Shown: one piece after another, positions 1 to 12,899 of the stretch
How positions within the stretch are numbered: position 1 is the stretch's first letter
Layout: the number at the start of each line of letters is the position of its first letter
Assembly: GCA_965113315.1 (NCBI GenBank)
Contig: OZ220367.1
Source: Podarcis vaucheri
Lineage: Eukaryota
Length of the DNA stretch: 64,000 nt
Strand: one strand, 5' to 3'
The notes under the pieces: generated by a model
What the model was told of the DNA's origin: nothing
Databases searched by the model: none
Seen by the model: the letters and a program-made list of their open reading frames with translations, nothing else
Program-made: the position numbers and the translations under genes

Positions 1-302
1 ACTCATTCCCACAGGAGACAGTGATGGCCACCAACTAGCATAGCTTTAAAGTGATTTAGACAAATTCATGGAAGATAAGTCTGCCAATGGCTACTAGGCA
101 TGATGGAGGCCATGTTCTGCCTCCACAGTAGGAATCAGTATGTGTATGAACAACATTTGCTGTAAACTACAGTAAGTGAGAGAGCTCTTGTGCTGGGGTC
201 CCGCTTGCCAGGTCCATAGATATCTGGTTGACCCCTGTAAGAACAGGATGCTAGATTAAATGGGCTATTGGCCTGATCCAGCAGGCAGCTCTTATGTCCT
301 TG
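1..302 (+). mobile_element. CR1 LINE 3' end remnant
   Basis: Ends in the typical squamate CR1 tail: ...aggatgctagattaaatgggctattggcctgatccagcaggcagctcttatgtcctt. The upstream part (gtgatggccaccaac...ttagacaaattcatgga) resembles the CR1 ORF2 end/3'UTR. Recognised from memory of the family, not by a search. Confidence 0.7.
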
Positions 303-2699
303 AACTAAGTGGAAAATTTGAAGGGAGTTTCGCAACCTATGATGACTACTGGGTAACCTCTGTTATTTTCTTCAATGGGGTTGTTCCATGACAGATCCTC
401 ACCTTTACAACATCTGTGCCACTGACACTCAAACTTTGGGACTGTTGAAATATATACAACAAAAAAGTAGTCAAATTGAGTCATGTGACTCAAATTGGGT
501 CTACTAGATCCAGAGTTTTTAAGCAATTTGGACTAAAGTCAATTCTGGGGCCTCTCTAAGCTTAGCTTCATTAGTTTCATAGTAGATCTGCCTTAAAACA
601 GGGGAATAGAATAGAATTGCTTCATAATTATTTTCTGGTATTATTATTATTATTACTTACTAAATTTGTATACTACTCTTCATCCATAGATTTCAGGGAG
701 GTTCATAATGTAAAAATACAATACTGTAAACAGTCTCATAAAACAGAATATTTCCTTAGGCACTTTGGGCACAGTCCAATCAAAGTTAAGTGCTTTTAAA
801 AATCCTAATTGATTTCTGTGTAGAAATTAATTTGACTTCAAAGTGCTAGACTTTGCTGGATCTTATCCTGTGTGCATTAACTATGAATAAGTTCCTTTAG
901 AATAACTTGTGCTTCTTGAAATTATCCTCATCATGTTTTTTCTTTGGAATGGTAGTTTCCTGCCTATTCATGAAATGTTTTAGCAACTTCAAAACATGTC
1001 TTAAGTTGTAACTGTATAAGATGTGCATTCTCCCCATATTTATTCATGTGCATGTTCTGCATACGTATGCAACACCGCAATACACAGCATGAATGTGATA
1101 ATTAAACGGTGGGTGATTTACTAATAATGTGAAGCTATCATCACTTTGTTGACATAAATATACTGTAAAGAAATAAAATTTATACAGAATAAGTAAATAG
1201 AATGCAACACACCCAGGCATTATACAAAATACAATTTTATGCCATTTTAACTTGAATTCACAAGTGTCTCTTAAGTATTCATACCAGCCAAATACTTTGT
1301 AGATAACTCAAAAGAAATATCTCTGAATAGTGGCTCCCTAATGGTCTGTTTAATAGACGATTTTTGGGAATACTAAGAAGTAAAGAAGACAGGTACAGAA
1401 CTGACTTTTTAGATTTGGATGATATACAGCATATTAGTATGATATAGACTTAAATGAATAAAATCCTAAATATTTATAAATTCCAATGATGATTTCAGAA
1501 CACACAAATCCCAATAAAAAGTTTAATTTTGTGTTCTCTTCTATAAAAACTGCTACATGTGTACTTAGATGTGTGTAGATCAACATAAATTCTGAAAGAA
1601 TTTAATGTTCAAATGTTTTATTCTTTCCCACAAACATCAGTTTGCACAATCAAATACCCATCTCCTACTAAGCTAGCCTTTAAGCATGTCATTTAGACAG
1701 CTAAATGCTCATAAAACTATGATTAAGTGTAATTCAGAGAATTGGGAGTATTATAATCTGTAATGAAAATTCAAGTCTGCTACTTGGCCTTTAATGACAT
1801 GTTTATCGTCACCTCACTGCTCTTAACCTCTATACTTGCACTTTTGGTTAATGTATTTGCCTACTGAATCATTGCCTTGCATCAAAAATTGTGCTTAAAA
1901 CATCTGCAGTTATCTCATGTGTGATTTGTATTCTTTACATAGGCATATATTTAATTTTACTTACATTCTTTTGCACTGGGCATGAAATGCGGTAATGTGA
2001 TACACCAAATTGCACGGTAGTTTCGTAATATAACATTACATTTTTTCAACACAGGTGTGTGGGATGCTTAAATTGGTTAATTTGCAATCTGATCATAAAT
2101 ATTGACCTGACTTGTCATAAATGAAGGATGAGCCTAATGATAAATTGTTAGACAAACATTGCAAATGCAAGCATGTGTGTACATAAGAAGTCTTCTTGAG
2201 CTATATAACATTATCCGGCCTTGAGTTGTCCTATTTGTAATGATCCATAGTTTGCACTTTGGTGCAGCTGGAATTGATCTCTTGAATAATATTATCCACC
2301 ATTCCACATTGACTGTGATGTTTGTTACAAAATGAAGCCAAATTGCCCATTGATAGCTAGATATCTCAATACATTCTATCATATGAGAAACATGATTTTG
2401 TTTGACATTTATTCATATATATTTTTGTTAGCTAGGGATCAATATACTATGAGTTTTCTATATGTGGTCAAAGTGTATGGAGGTTTCAGGAGATTAACTT
2501 TTAAAACTTAGGTCTTCTTAGGTCAACATTTAGAACTAGGTGCAACATACATCTAGAGAGGATTAAGGTGTGTGTGGACCAAAGTGTCAGATTCCCATCT
2601 AAATTCTAGAAAGTTGGTAAATCCAATGGCCTGTGGCATATGGGGTTCAGGAGGACTTTACACTTTACTTTGTTTCCCATGTTGCTTAACATTTCCATT

Positions 2700-3650
2700 A
2701 AAGTACCAGAAGAGTTTGTCCAGTGGTTTGGGTGGCATCAGTATGCTGATGAGACCTTGATTCTTTTAATCTAATTCCAGGGAGGCAGTGAAGGTCCTGG
2801 TCTGGTGTATGAGATCTGTGAAGGACTGGATCTGAGTGAAAAACCAGAAACTTAATCCAGATGGATAGAAACACTTAGAGGTGTTTTTTGGGTTTTTTTT
2901 AAAGTCATGAAGAAAGTTATATGACATGTTTTGAATGGGGTTGCACTTCCCTTGATGAACCAGGATCATAGTTTTGAGTACTCTTCAAATCAGCATTAAT
3001 TCATTGAGCAGGGGCTATGGCTAGGATTGCTTTTGCTACGCTAACTCTGTCCTTTTCCATAAAAGTCAGCTCCTATCGCTATCACACATCCAGGTTGGAT
3101 TACTTCAGCACATGGTATCTGAGTATACCTTTGAAGCATGCTCAGAAACTTCAGCTGGTATACAATGTGGTGTACCAGGCTAAGTTTTTAAAATAATATA
3201 TACCCCTACTGCTTCATCAGCCTCATTGCTTCATTATTGTTTCCAAGTTCCATTGTACTCATTATCTTCCGAGTCCTGAATGGTGAGACCAAGATATATA
3301 AGAAGCGGGTCTTCTGCTGTATAATTCTTCCCATCTGTGTAGATTTCTGGGGCAGACTTTGCTTCATGTTCCACCATCAGCTGCTGTCTACATGGGAAGG
3401 CCGCCTAAGTTCTGAAACTCCTTATCTTAAGAGGTCTGGTTGGTCCCTTCTTTGATAGTATAAAACAAACAAAAAAGGTGTTACTCCATTGTTGGGGTCT
3501 GGATAACTCCTCTTCTTAATGTTGATTTTATTAGATAATTCTTGATGTGTTTTAGTGTATTACTTTCTCTTGTAACTGATTTTTTTAATCTATTAAAATC
3601 TTTGTTAATTGACTTGAGGATTCATTGATGGAACAGAAAGTATGGCATAT
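2700..3650 (+). mobile_element. Decayed L2 LINE (RT C-terminal part to 3' end)
   Basis: catcagtatgctgatgag (degenerate HQYADD), gaaacttaatccaga, ggggttgcacttcccttga and ttggattac...cagaaacttcagctggt occur in the L2 order. Many stops and frameshifts. Confidence 0.65.
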
Positions 3651-3651
3651 A

Positions 3652-3817
3652 CCATATTTTTCCGTGTATAAGACTAGGTTTTTCCCCTAAAAAATAATGT
3701 CAAAAATTAGGGGGTGTCTTACAGTCTGGGCCATCTCCCCCAATTTTCTTAAATCTGAATCCCCCCAAATAGGGGGCGTCTTATACATAGGGGCGTCTTA
3801 TAGACTGAAAAATACGG
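3652..3817. mobile_element. Tc1/mariner-superfamily (Tc2-like) MITE, 166 bp
   Basis: 23-bp TIRs CCATATTTTTCCGTGTATAAGAC / revcomp CCGTATTTTTCAGTCTATAAGAC (20/23). TA flanks at 3650-3651 and 3818-3819. Internal tagggg..gtctta repeats x3. Confidence 0.85.
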
Positions 3818-5139
3818 TACTCTGTGGGATATGCTTGATTTGATAGGCCAGTGATAAAATGTGCATTAATTCACAGTGTGCAGAATTGATGGGAGTTGCA
3901 GTTATATTTAATACACATTCTCATATGCACATGTATGTTAAGCTTACCTGCATTCTGTATTATTGGGCCATGCCCTTATTCTTCCACATGTTTGCATATA
4001 TGGGACACCTATTCCATGGGACAAAGTTTCTAATGTGCACCTAAGGCAGTCAGTGGTCTGGAACACTTCACTGTTAAACGGTTTACTTTCTTAAACAAAC
4101 AAACATCTGTGTCATTGTATGAATATAGCTGGTGGCAAAATATAATAACTCAGTGAAGGCAGAAGTACATTAAATAATAATAAAAAAGAATTTGTAGCTC
4201 TAATACTGTTGTCAAATACGGTGGAGATAAAGCAGGGACATTAGGAAGTTAAGCTGCTTTTTTGTTGGCAAGATGCCAAATCCAGTCTATATATTTGGTA
4301 AGATTTAGACATTGCATAGTCATATCTCCCTTTTGTACCCTAACAGAATTTTGCTGAAAAGCTCTATTTTATCTTATGTCAGAAATGATCACAGGAATCT
4401 GTTTAATTGGGAAATACTTTTAAAATAGTTTCTAATTGGCATCAGAAAGTTGAAAGTTCAATTCAAAGGTGAGATCTAAGCTTCCTAATTAGATTGAATA
4501 GGCTTAAATAATAGTTTTATTCATTACAGAGACAATATTTCAATGAAAAAATGCTCATATTAGAAGAGATTCTTCCACTGGGACCGTCAGTTTATTCTAT
4601 AGTCAGATAAGAATGTATGCTGCTCTAAATCTATTTTTGTTTTAAGGCCACAAATAATTTTATTATCTACAGTTTACCATCAATTTAAGATAACTTTTTT
4701 TTAGCAGAACAAAGCTGTCTCATTTTCTGCTGACAACAACATTCTTATTTCAGATAATCTGCCTTTTTAAAAAACAAAACAAAACCCAACAACCCTCAAG
4801 TATTATTTTCACTTGCATAAAATTGTATTATGAACTTATTTCCCCCCTTCTTCCCCCCCTCCCAAATTGTTTGATGCGTCTGAAATGGAAGGATGAAGTA
4901 GAAGTCGCCACTTAAGCAGTGAAGGGTTATTCTTTGTAAATAATAGATCAAGAGCACCGGAGCTATATCTAATGGAGCCGTATGCAGCCTCCGTTTCAAG
5001 GACAGCCGCGTGGTTGAAAAAAACATAACCGCAGTTCATCCTATCTGTAACCTGTGGTCAGTTCTTTGCCACTGACAGTCAAATATAACCCAGTAGACTT
5101 TTCAATGCTGTAAAATACCCTCACATAATTAAATATAAC

Positions 5140-5167
5140 TCTATCTATCTATCTATCTATCTATCTA
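5140..5167. repeat. (TCTA)n microsatellite
   Basis: Direct reading. Confidence 0.9.
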
Positions 5168-5934
5168 AATGTTTACACATATATAAAACCATCACATGTA
5201 AATAATGTTCAGTATTCTTGAAGAGATGAAAAGACTACAAACTTTTCAAAATATTTAATTTATTTTCCTTAAGGATTGTTGCGATAGAAGCACACCAAAC
5301 CTGGAAGATTTTTCACAATGAGAATTAGTCAAACTCAAATCCATTGAGTCTGCAGAACAGAAGCATTCTTGTATGTTGATTAAAATATCCGTTTGCATTG
5401 CCTTAGTTTCGTTTTTAACAGCGGTAATAGTCGCCACATGCAGTTGCTGAAGGTCCATCCGAGAGGACCCTTTAAAAGTATGTATAACTCTTGCTCCTGA
5501 AAGGTTTTAGAGCTTTGTTTTAAATGCTAGGGCACAGTCCGCTGGGAAAGTTTCCCCACACAAGTTCCACGGAAATCAATGGAAACCACACAAGAGCATG
5601 TACGTTTGAATGTGCGTGTTCTCGCGTAGGTTTCCTTCATTTCACTGGAGTTTGTGCAAGATAACACCCCAGTGGATTATCTTACTAGATTCAAAATGAC
5701 TCTTTTGATTCAAACAAAAGATTAGAGACAGAGAATTGTCACTCAACGGAGTGTCACTGTTTATGTTTAGAACAATATGGAAAAAGCACAAGAATCTGTC
5801 TCCGAGAAGATGGAGATGGAAACTGTTTTGCAACTATATTTTTGAAAATTATTTCAGCTAATTTTTTTAGCTTTATTGGGGAGTAAGAAAGAAATTAAAA
5901 GCAGTAATTTTAGACAGCAGTAATTTCAAATATT

Positions 5935-6030
5935 GGTTTATATTCCTTGCACACACTTACCTGGGAGTAAGTCCCACTTAAGATTGTGACAGTTACTTCT
6001 GGGTAAAAATACACAGGATTGCACTGTAAT
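5935..6030. mobile_element. Short palindromic MITE-like repeat (probably PIF/Harbinger type). Related decayed copies at ~10560-10630, 20995-21092, 26305-26400, 27262-27355, 45874-45960
   Basis: Shared layout: ...tcct..gca..(t)tac...gaagtaag(t/c)cc...agtgg..ac...aggattgcagc with imperfect self-complementarity. Family assignment is inference. Confidence 0.55.
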
Positions 6031-7545
6031 AAACTAAAATACATGGCTAATTGAACATTTTTATTCATTTTTGGTTCATGAGAAGCTTTAGTCATTAGCA
6101 AATAATAGTACAATAATATATTTTATGAATCGGTTTGATTTTTCAATAAGATGTTATATTGACAACCAGTCTGAACCTCAAAAAAATCTTTTCAAGCTTC
6201 GATTCATTGCCATCATCCATATTTTTGAACATTCTTCAATATTTCCGTTATGAATGTGATCTGTTTTGTAAGAAGGCAGGATAAGTACTTGTGTCTTATA
6301 ACCTTACTAAAGCTCAAAGAACTGTGTGCAACTTTTCCGGAATTATTTTCCTTTCTGGTTTGTGTATCAACACGGTTGAAATAGTATCAGCTTGCTCAAC
6401 AGAACTCTCCTCCTCTGCTTCCACATTTCCCATACTTGACTTCTTCCTAGCAAGGTTTTGCTTGGTAAAGACAAAACATTAGATCATGATTAGCTATCTT
6501 TGAAATAACTCCTGTGATGCGCATCGTCATGCCGGTTCTCGGCATTCTATTTGGGAATTTGTTAGTCGGTGCCGGGAAAAAAAGTCGGGTTGACAGCTAA
6601 TAGATATCCCCACCATCAATTGTTTAGACATTTTTGTCTTTTGTGACATTGAGAAAAAGACAAGGAAGGGAATGGAAGCAACTAAAAAATGTCAAAAGAT
6701 CAAAAAATCAATGGGCTGAAGGAATGTGATCTGTTTATCAGGGTGTAGCTGCTCTTTCTGTTTGCATTAAGTCCGAGTGAGTGTCTTTGGTAGCCAACTG
6801 AAGCTGCTTTCATTCACTCCCTAGGAGATGTAATACAAGCATGAAAGTTACGATGTCTCACAAAGCAGACACAAGAACAAAAAAAAAATTTCGTTAAATC
6901 AGCAGCTTGGTATTACGTGTGTGTCCCCCTCCCCACAGTCGTCTTAAGGCTGCTATCCTCCCCACAAATTAATTGTTGAGTACTGCATACGTTCCATTTT
7001 GGTTTTAAGTGTTTTAAGGTAAAGGGAAGATATTTTTAAGTTCTTGTTTTTGAAAACATCAATAAAATGAAATGGGTTTAATAGTTCAGTTAGTGAAGTT
7101 CAAGGAGATGATTGAAGACATGTGCTTTCAGGTTTTGACAGGTAGTATAAAGTCTTTGAGTGGACTTCTCCCTTTGCTTTAATGGAAGAGGAGTTGGGTT
7201 TGCTTTATCTGAGATGGGAAAAATGCAAATGGAAGGATTCCCCCCCCTAAAGTGTTTTACTGCTTGCTACTGTTTTAAAGACACTAGTTAGTCTAAAGCT
7301 GTACTGCCCATGATTCCTTCATTTCTCTAGATGTCGGTGTGTGTCCTTTCTCTCTCACTCTCCCCCCCCTTTCAGTTCTATGCCAGCCTATAAGAACCGA
7401 TGAGTAGACAAGGCAGTGGTCCAATCTGGTGGACAAATTTCTTGTCCCTTCTAGTTTCTGTGTGATAGGAAGTATGGCAGGGGCTGCATATTTTATAAAC
7501 TTTCTATTAAAGTTGTGGCATGTTATCATAAAAATGAATTACGAT

Positions 7546-7957
7546 NNNNNNNNNNNNNNNNNNNNNNNNNNNNNNNNNNNNNNNNNNNNNNNNNNNNNNN
7601 NNNNNNNNNNNNNNNNNNNNNNNNNNNNNNNNNNNNNNNNNNNNNNNNNNNNNNNNNNNNNNNNNNNNNNNNNNNNNNNNNNNNNNNNNNNNNNNNNNNN
7701 NNNNNNNNNNNNNNNNNNNNNNNNNNNNNNNNNNNNNNNNNNNNNNNNNNNNNNNNNNNNNNNNNNNNNNNNNNNNNNNNNNNNNNNNNNNNNNNNNNNN
7801 NNNNNNNNNNNNNNNNNNNNNNNNNNNNNNNNNNNNNNNNNNNNNNNNNNNNNNNNNNNNNNNNNNNNNNNNNNNNNNNNNNNNNNNNNNNNNNNNNNNN
7901 NNNNNNNNNNNNNNNNNNNNNNNNNNNNNNNNNNNNNNNNNNNNNNNNNNNNNNNNN
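7546..7957. other. Assembly gap (412 N). Other gaps: 8655-8874, 14095-14298, 14449-14685, 34277-34656, 53077-53208
   Basis: Runs of N. Confidence 1.
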
Positions 7958-10900
7958 AGGAAAGATGGAACATTTGGGAAGGTTCTTAATCTCATTTTTC
8001 TCCCTTTCTTACCCCCCTTCTTCTTCTTTTTACCTTTTGGAGATTATTCAGTTGCACAAGCAACTGTTTATCCAGAAGGCTACTGCTTTGGACCAAGTCA
8101 AAGTCTTAGTTCAATCTTCTAGCGCCCCCAACAATGCTAATTCTTTATGCTGTTTTGAGTTTGAAAGCAAACAAGTCTTGAAAAGCTTGAAGTAAGATGT
8201 GTCTTAAGGAACGATATACTAATATCACACGGGGTCATTGCATAGGCTTGGACTATGTGCGATAAAGCTGAAACGTAAATCTCATCTATATAAAGGACGG
8301 AAGCATCTAGAAAAGTTTGAAACAAAACAGAAGACTCAAATCTACACTATTCTCATTCTAGACTCTAAAGACAATATCCCTTGAAGTTCAGTGTTCCATC
8401 AAAATGTTCCTTGAACCAAAATCATACCCCAAACTTATGCACAATAGCAATGCCTTTGCTATAATGGTTTAATTTTCCAGTAATGTGACAAAGTTTATTG
8501 GATTTTGTGTGTATAATTATGGAATGGATTAGCTGAGTTTGGTTCAGTGCATCTGATTATTTTCTGGCCTTTAGGGAAATGCGCTAAACCCCTAATATGT
8601 CCACTGCCCCCCAAGCGGTCTTTTTTTGAAGGCACCGCACAAAATGTGGTCTCTNNNNNNNNNNNNNNNNNNNNNNNNNNNNNNNNNNNNNNNNNNNNNN
8701 NNNNNNNNNNNNNNNNNNNNNNNNNNNNNNNNNNNNNNNNNNNNNNNNNNNNNNNNNNNNNNNNNNNNNNNNNNNNNNNNNNNNNNNNNNNNNNNNNNNN
8801 NNNNNNNNNNNNNNNNNNNNNNNNNNNNNNNNNNNNNNNNNNNNNNNNNNNNNNNNNNNNNNNNNNNNNNNNNNAGGTTACAGTACGTGATTTGCATGTC
8901 AATTGCGGGTTGCTTACATGAACTTGAAAGTTCTTTAACTTTTATTTGACTTTTTTCTTCTGTACATAGATGATTTGTGTTGGTAAAAAAACACACACAT
9001 TAAATTGGTATACACAGTACATTATTATTATTATTATTGTCTTACTGTAGATGCTTTCAAATAAACAGATAGAAAATGTTCAATATCTTGAAAATTTAAA
9101 CCTATTGCTAGTCCTCATTGAAGTCTAGGTAAATAAAAGCTCTGAGTTTGTCTACTGAATCACAGATATTTTCAACTTGGATATGTTTATTTTCTTCTGT
9201 GACACAACATTGCCTTTTTTGTTCCACTAAGCCATAATTACCACAGCAATTTTCCTTATATCATATTTGATGGTATAATATTTGTCCTTAGTATTTGTTC
9301 TAATGACAAAATACCCATGCTTCCTCAGTCAAAACAGTACAAGCCAAAGGTTAGCACAATTTTCTTGAATAAGGCAGTACAGTGCTCAGTTTGATGGTAA
9401 ATTGGCAGAAGGTTCTTCAGCTTTCAGTTGTGTTCCATCAAGAGTTGAGACAAAATATTGTTTGTTTTGTTAAATTATAAAATACTTTAAAAATCAAAAA
9501 TATCAACCATTTCATCTGCAGGTGTCTGCCCATAGTACAAGCAACACAGTGGTCTAATGTGTAACAAGTTCCTAAAAATATGGTGGCATATAAACTGGAA
9601 CAATGCCAGTACCATGTTCTGTGTCAAACAAACTATAGGATCTCTGTTGAGGGCAAAGGCAGGTAGTCTACATTGTCTTCAGGCATGAGTTATAGTTGTG
9701 ATTGGTTTAGAGTTGCAACGGAAATGTTTTAGATCTGGGAATATGTGTGATAGTAAAGGTACCATTTCTTCTATTTAAAAAAAAGGTGTGTGTGTGTATG
9801 TGTGTGTCTGTAAAAGAGCGAGAGAAGATGAGAATTCCAGTCTTCTATAACTGTAATCTTAGAGGCTGGGTAATGCGTTTGGAGACATGACATATTCCTA
9901 CTGAATAAAAATCAGGAGACCCTTTCCAAAATTGCCAGCAAAAGGGTCTAGTGAAGATAGGTATGAAAGGCTCCCCCTTCCTCTCCCTAGCTGTCTACGA
10001 GCAGTAAAGCAGGTGGCTCCCCGTGGCTGACTTTTCATGACAACATGCCATTAGAAATTGTGGTCCTGTTGATCAATCCACTCGACATGACAGCTTTGCC
10101 GCAAGGCCTGGCTCTTTGAGCACCAGCGCTGTGGCTTTTCCCTCCTTTTTTCCTGCACTAATTGGTGAAAGTTTTTACTGTGCTTGTGGCATAGGAAATT
10201 CTTTTGAACATTGTCACAATCAAGTGTTGACTTCTTTAGAATTGCAAGTAGGTTAAGTGAGTATCAACATAGCAATAGCTTTTTAGGGCTTCTCCCCCCC
10301 CCCATGTTAATTTAAATTTTATTAGAAACAAATTCTTGAGGGGGGGGGAAATAGTTTTCTAGAAACAGTATTTCTACAAAATAATATTTTGGTGCTGAGC
10401 ACCAAAGTATATTCCTTCTGAGGGGAAAAATATGGCAGAATTGTATGGCAGAAATGTTGAGATATGTTTTCCTCAGAAGGAATATATTGGGGAAATTAAA
10501 GGTATAACAATACATCTCTTAATTTTCCTGTCCTTGATTTTTAAAAAGAACCGTTTTTAGAGTACAATCCTTTGCATGCTTGCACAGAAGTAAACCTGCT
10601 ATGCTCAGTGGGATCAGGATTGCTGCTTTAGTTTGTGTAAAGTTGTTCCTGTACACAGTTTAAAAATATATATATTTGAGGTACCTTCCCTCAAAATTTT
10701 CTTCAAAAATTGCCCTAATATTTGACGTTGATTAAGTATTAAGTATTATTGTTCTTTTGCTATGCTAATACAGAAAGTTGTTGGCTAAATAATGTGTGTC
10801 TCCATGAGGAGAAAAAGAGCAAATATTCACCATATATATTATTTACTTTTATAATTCCATTAGATTTCTGCATTCAGTATGATGTTCAAGAAAATGCTTA

Positions 10901-12899
10901 TAATCTATTAGTGGCACAAAGGATTGTTTGATTTAATATATAATAGAATCTACATAAGTGAACTTATAAATATATAGATTTAAGTTCCTCGGTATTTAAT
11001 CTTTAGTATTTAAGCACTGATTTATTCTGTTTTTCAGGCAACATGATGCTTGCCTCTTTCTATATTTGATAAACTGTGTGAAATCCTTTTGTTGTACCTA
11101 ATAATCGTATATCCCAAGGTACATGCATTAAAGAAAGTGTTATTTAATGTGAACATATTGCATGAAGTTATTTGGAATTCATATGAAGAACAAACAAGGA
11201 CTCGTTGTTTATACAAGTGGCAAAAAGACAGAAAAGCGAATATGTGAAGCTTGCAAATAGCTGCTAGTTCCCACTACACATCGTACAAGAAGGCTAAAAT
11301 AATTGTGTAACTTTTAGCCCAAAGCTCAGTTTTATTTGCAGTAAATAGTAGGTATTTCAGTGTGATTTTGCCAGTACAAATACCAAAAATTGTTATAGTT
11401 TAAATGCAGAACACGAGCAGCATTTCTTTTTTGCAACTGTAATTGCTGCCATGATTTTTTTTTTGTACTTCAGATGCCCAAATTGAAAGGAGCATAAATT
11501 CATATAATTAATTTTGCCACTGTAAAAATCATTTGCTAAAATTTGCATTATTAACATTATCAAGTCGCTGGTTGGTAAGACATCAGACATGACGAGTGAG
11601 AAGGGCAGCTTAGGGAGAATTGGGCTTTAAACCCTCAGCAGATCGGAGTTAGGATCAAAGGCACTTGTTTTATGTGGCTGTGTGAGACTTTGAAGTCCTG
11701 ACTGCACCTACAGCACTCATTTCATCAGGTTCACTGGTGTCTTAATAGCAGATCAATAAGTTTCAAAGTCGGAGAGTTAATTTGATACTAGTGCTGATGC
11801 AGTCGTGCTGGGGAAGCAGAGAGAGGCAGAGAAAGCAGCCTATTAAGAACTGAGATGGGGATAGGTGTCTGATGGTGTTGATTGGTATCCACAAAATCCC
11901 AAATTGTAAATATTGACCTAAAAATTTGCAAGCTCTAACATATTATTAAGGGGAAATGAGATGTTGGCTTTATTGAAGGAGATTATAAGCTACTGGTTTA
12001 CTGTTGTGACCAGTATCGGGTTTGGTAATACAGGCATCGAAGTAAATTTCCATTTAATGTAGAATAAATAGGCCTGAACAAAGCCCAAAGCATAGTACCT
12101 CTTGAAGATGATAAGTCTCTTATTACTCCAAAAGAGGGTATACAAATGATAGAAAATGTTCGTTTCTTTTTCCTTTCTTACTCAGCTTTCTTTCCTACCG
12201 CAGTGTTGCTTGTTCACACTGAGGGGCGGGGGGAATGGATTTTAAGACAAAGGAAGTTCACCCTATTATTAAAACCCATAGGAAAATTATTATATATAAA
12301 TTAATATTGTTTTATTCTACCTTTCCAATTTTTGGATGCTTACGATTAACATTCGGTAATGGCCAAAAAATATTTTTACGACAAAGAAAATGATGTATGG
12401 GTATGTCGGTCTTTTGAAGGCATCCTAAACCCAAATAAATGAAACAAAAATCTGCTTAAACAAAGTGCATTGAAAGAAGATTGTGTTTTATTGCACTTTC
12501 CCCCCCCCCCTGTACCACAGAGGTGGCTGGGGGTGGAAATGATTCCCAAAACTCAGCAACAGTGTTCTTGTTTTAAAGAAAAATCAATATACTAAAGAAG
12601 TTTGTTACCTATTATTATTTATTATTATTATTTGTCTTGACAAGGCAGTAGTTGATGGTATCCATAAAAACTGCTCCTAGAGAGAGAGAGAGGGCACACA
12701 CATACGCAAATGCAAAATCCCTTTGAAAAGGAGATTGCTTTTTTAAAAAAAATAATCATAAGAACTTTTCCATCTGTATGTACGGCGGCAGAGGTTTCCT
12801 GGCACCAGAGGTCAACTTCACACCCTTTTGGAACAAAACTCTAATTTAGAATGTTCATCTAAGGGTTGATAATGGTATTAGGGGGCCAGTAGGCTGGTC

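Noticed and set aside
7429-8996. Long ORFs spanning N runs (also at 14025-14791, 34113-34875, 53025-53219)
   Set aside because: Artefacts of translating assembly gaps as X.
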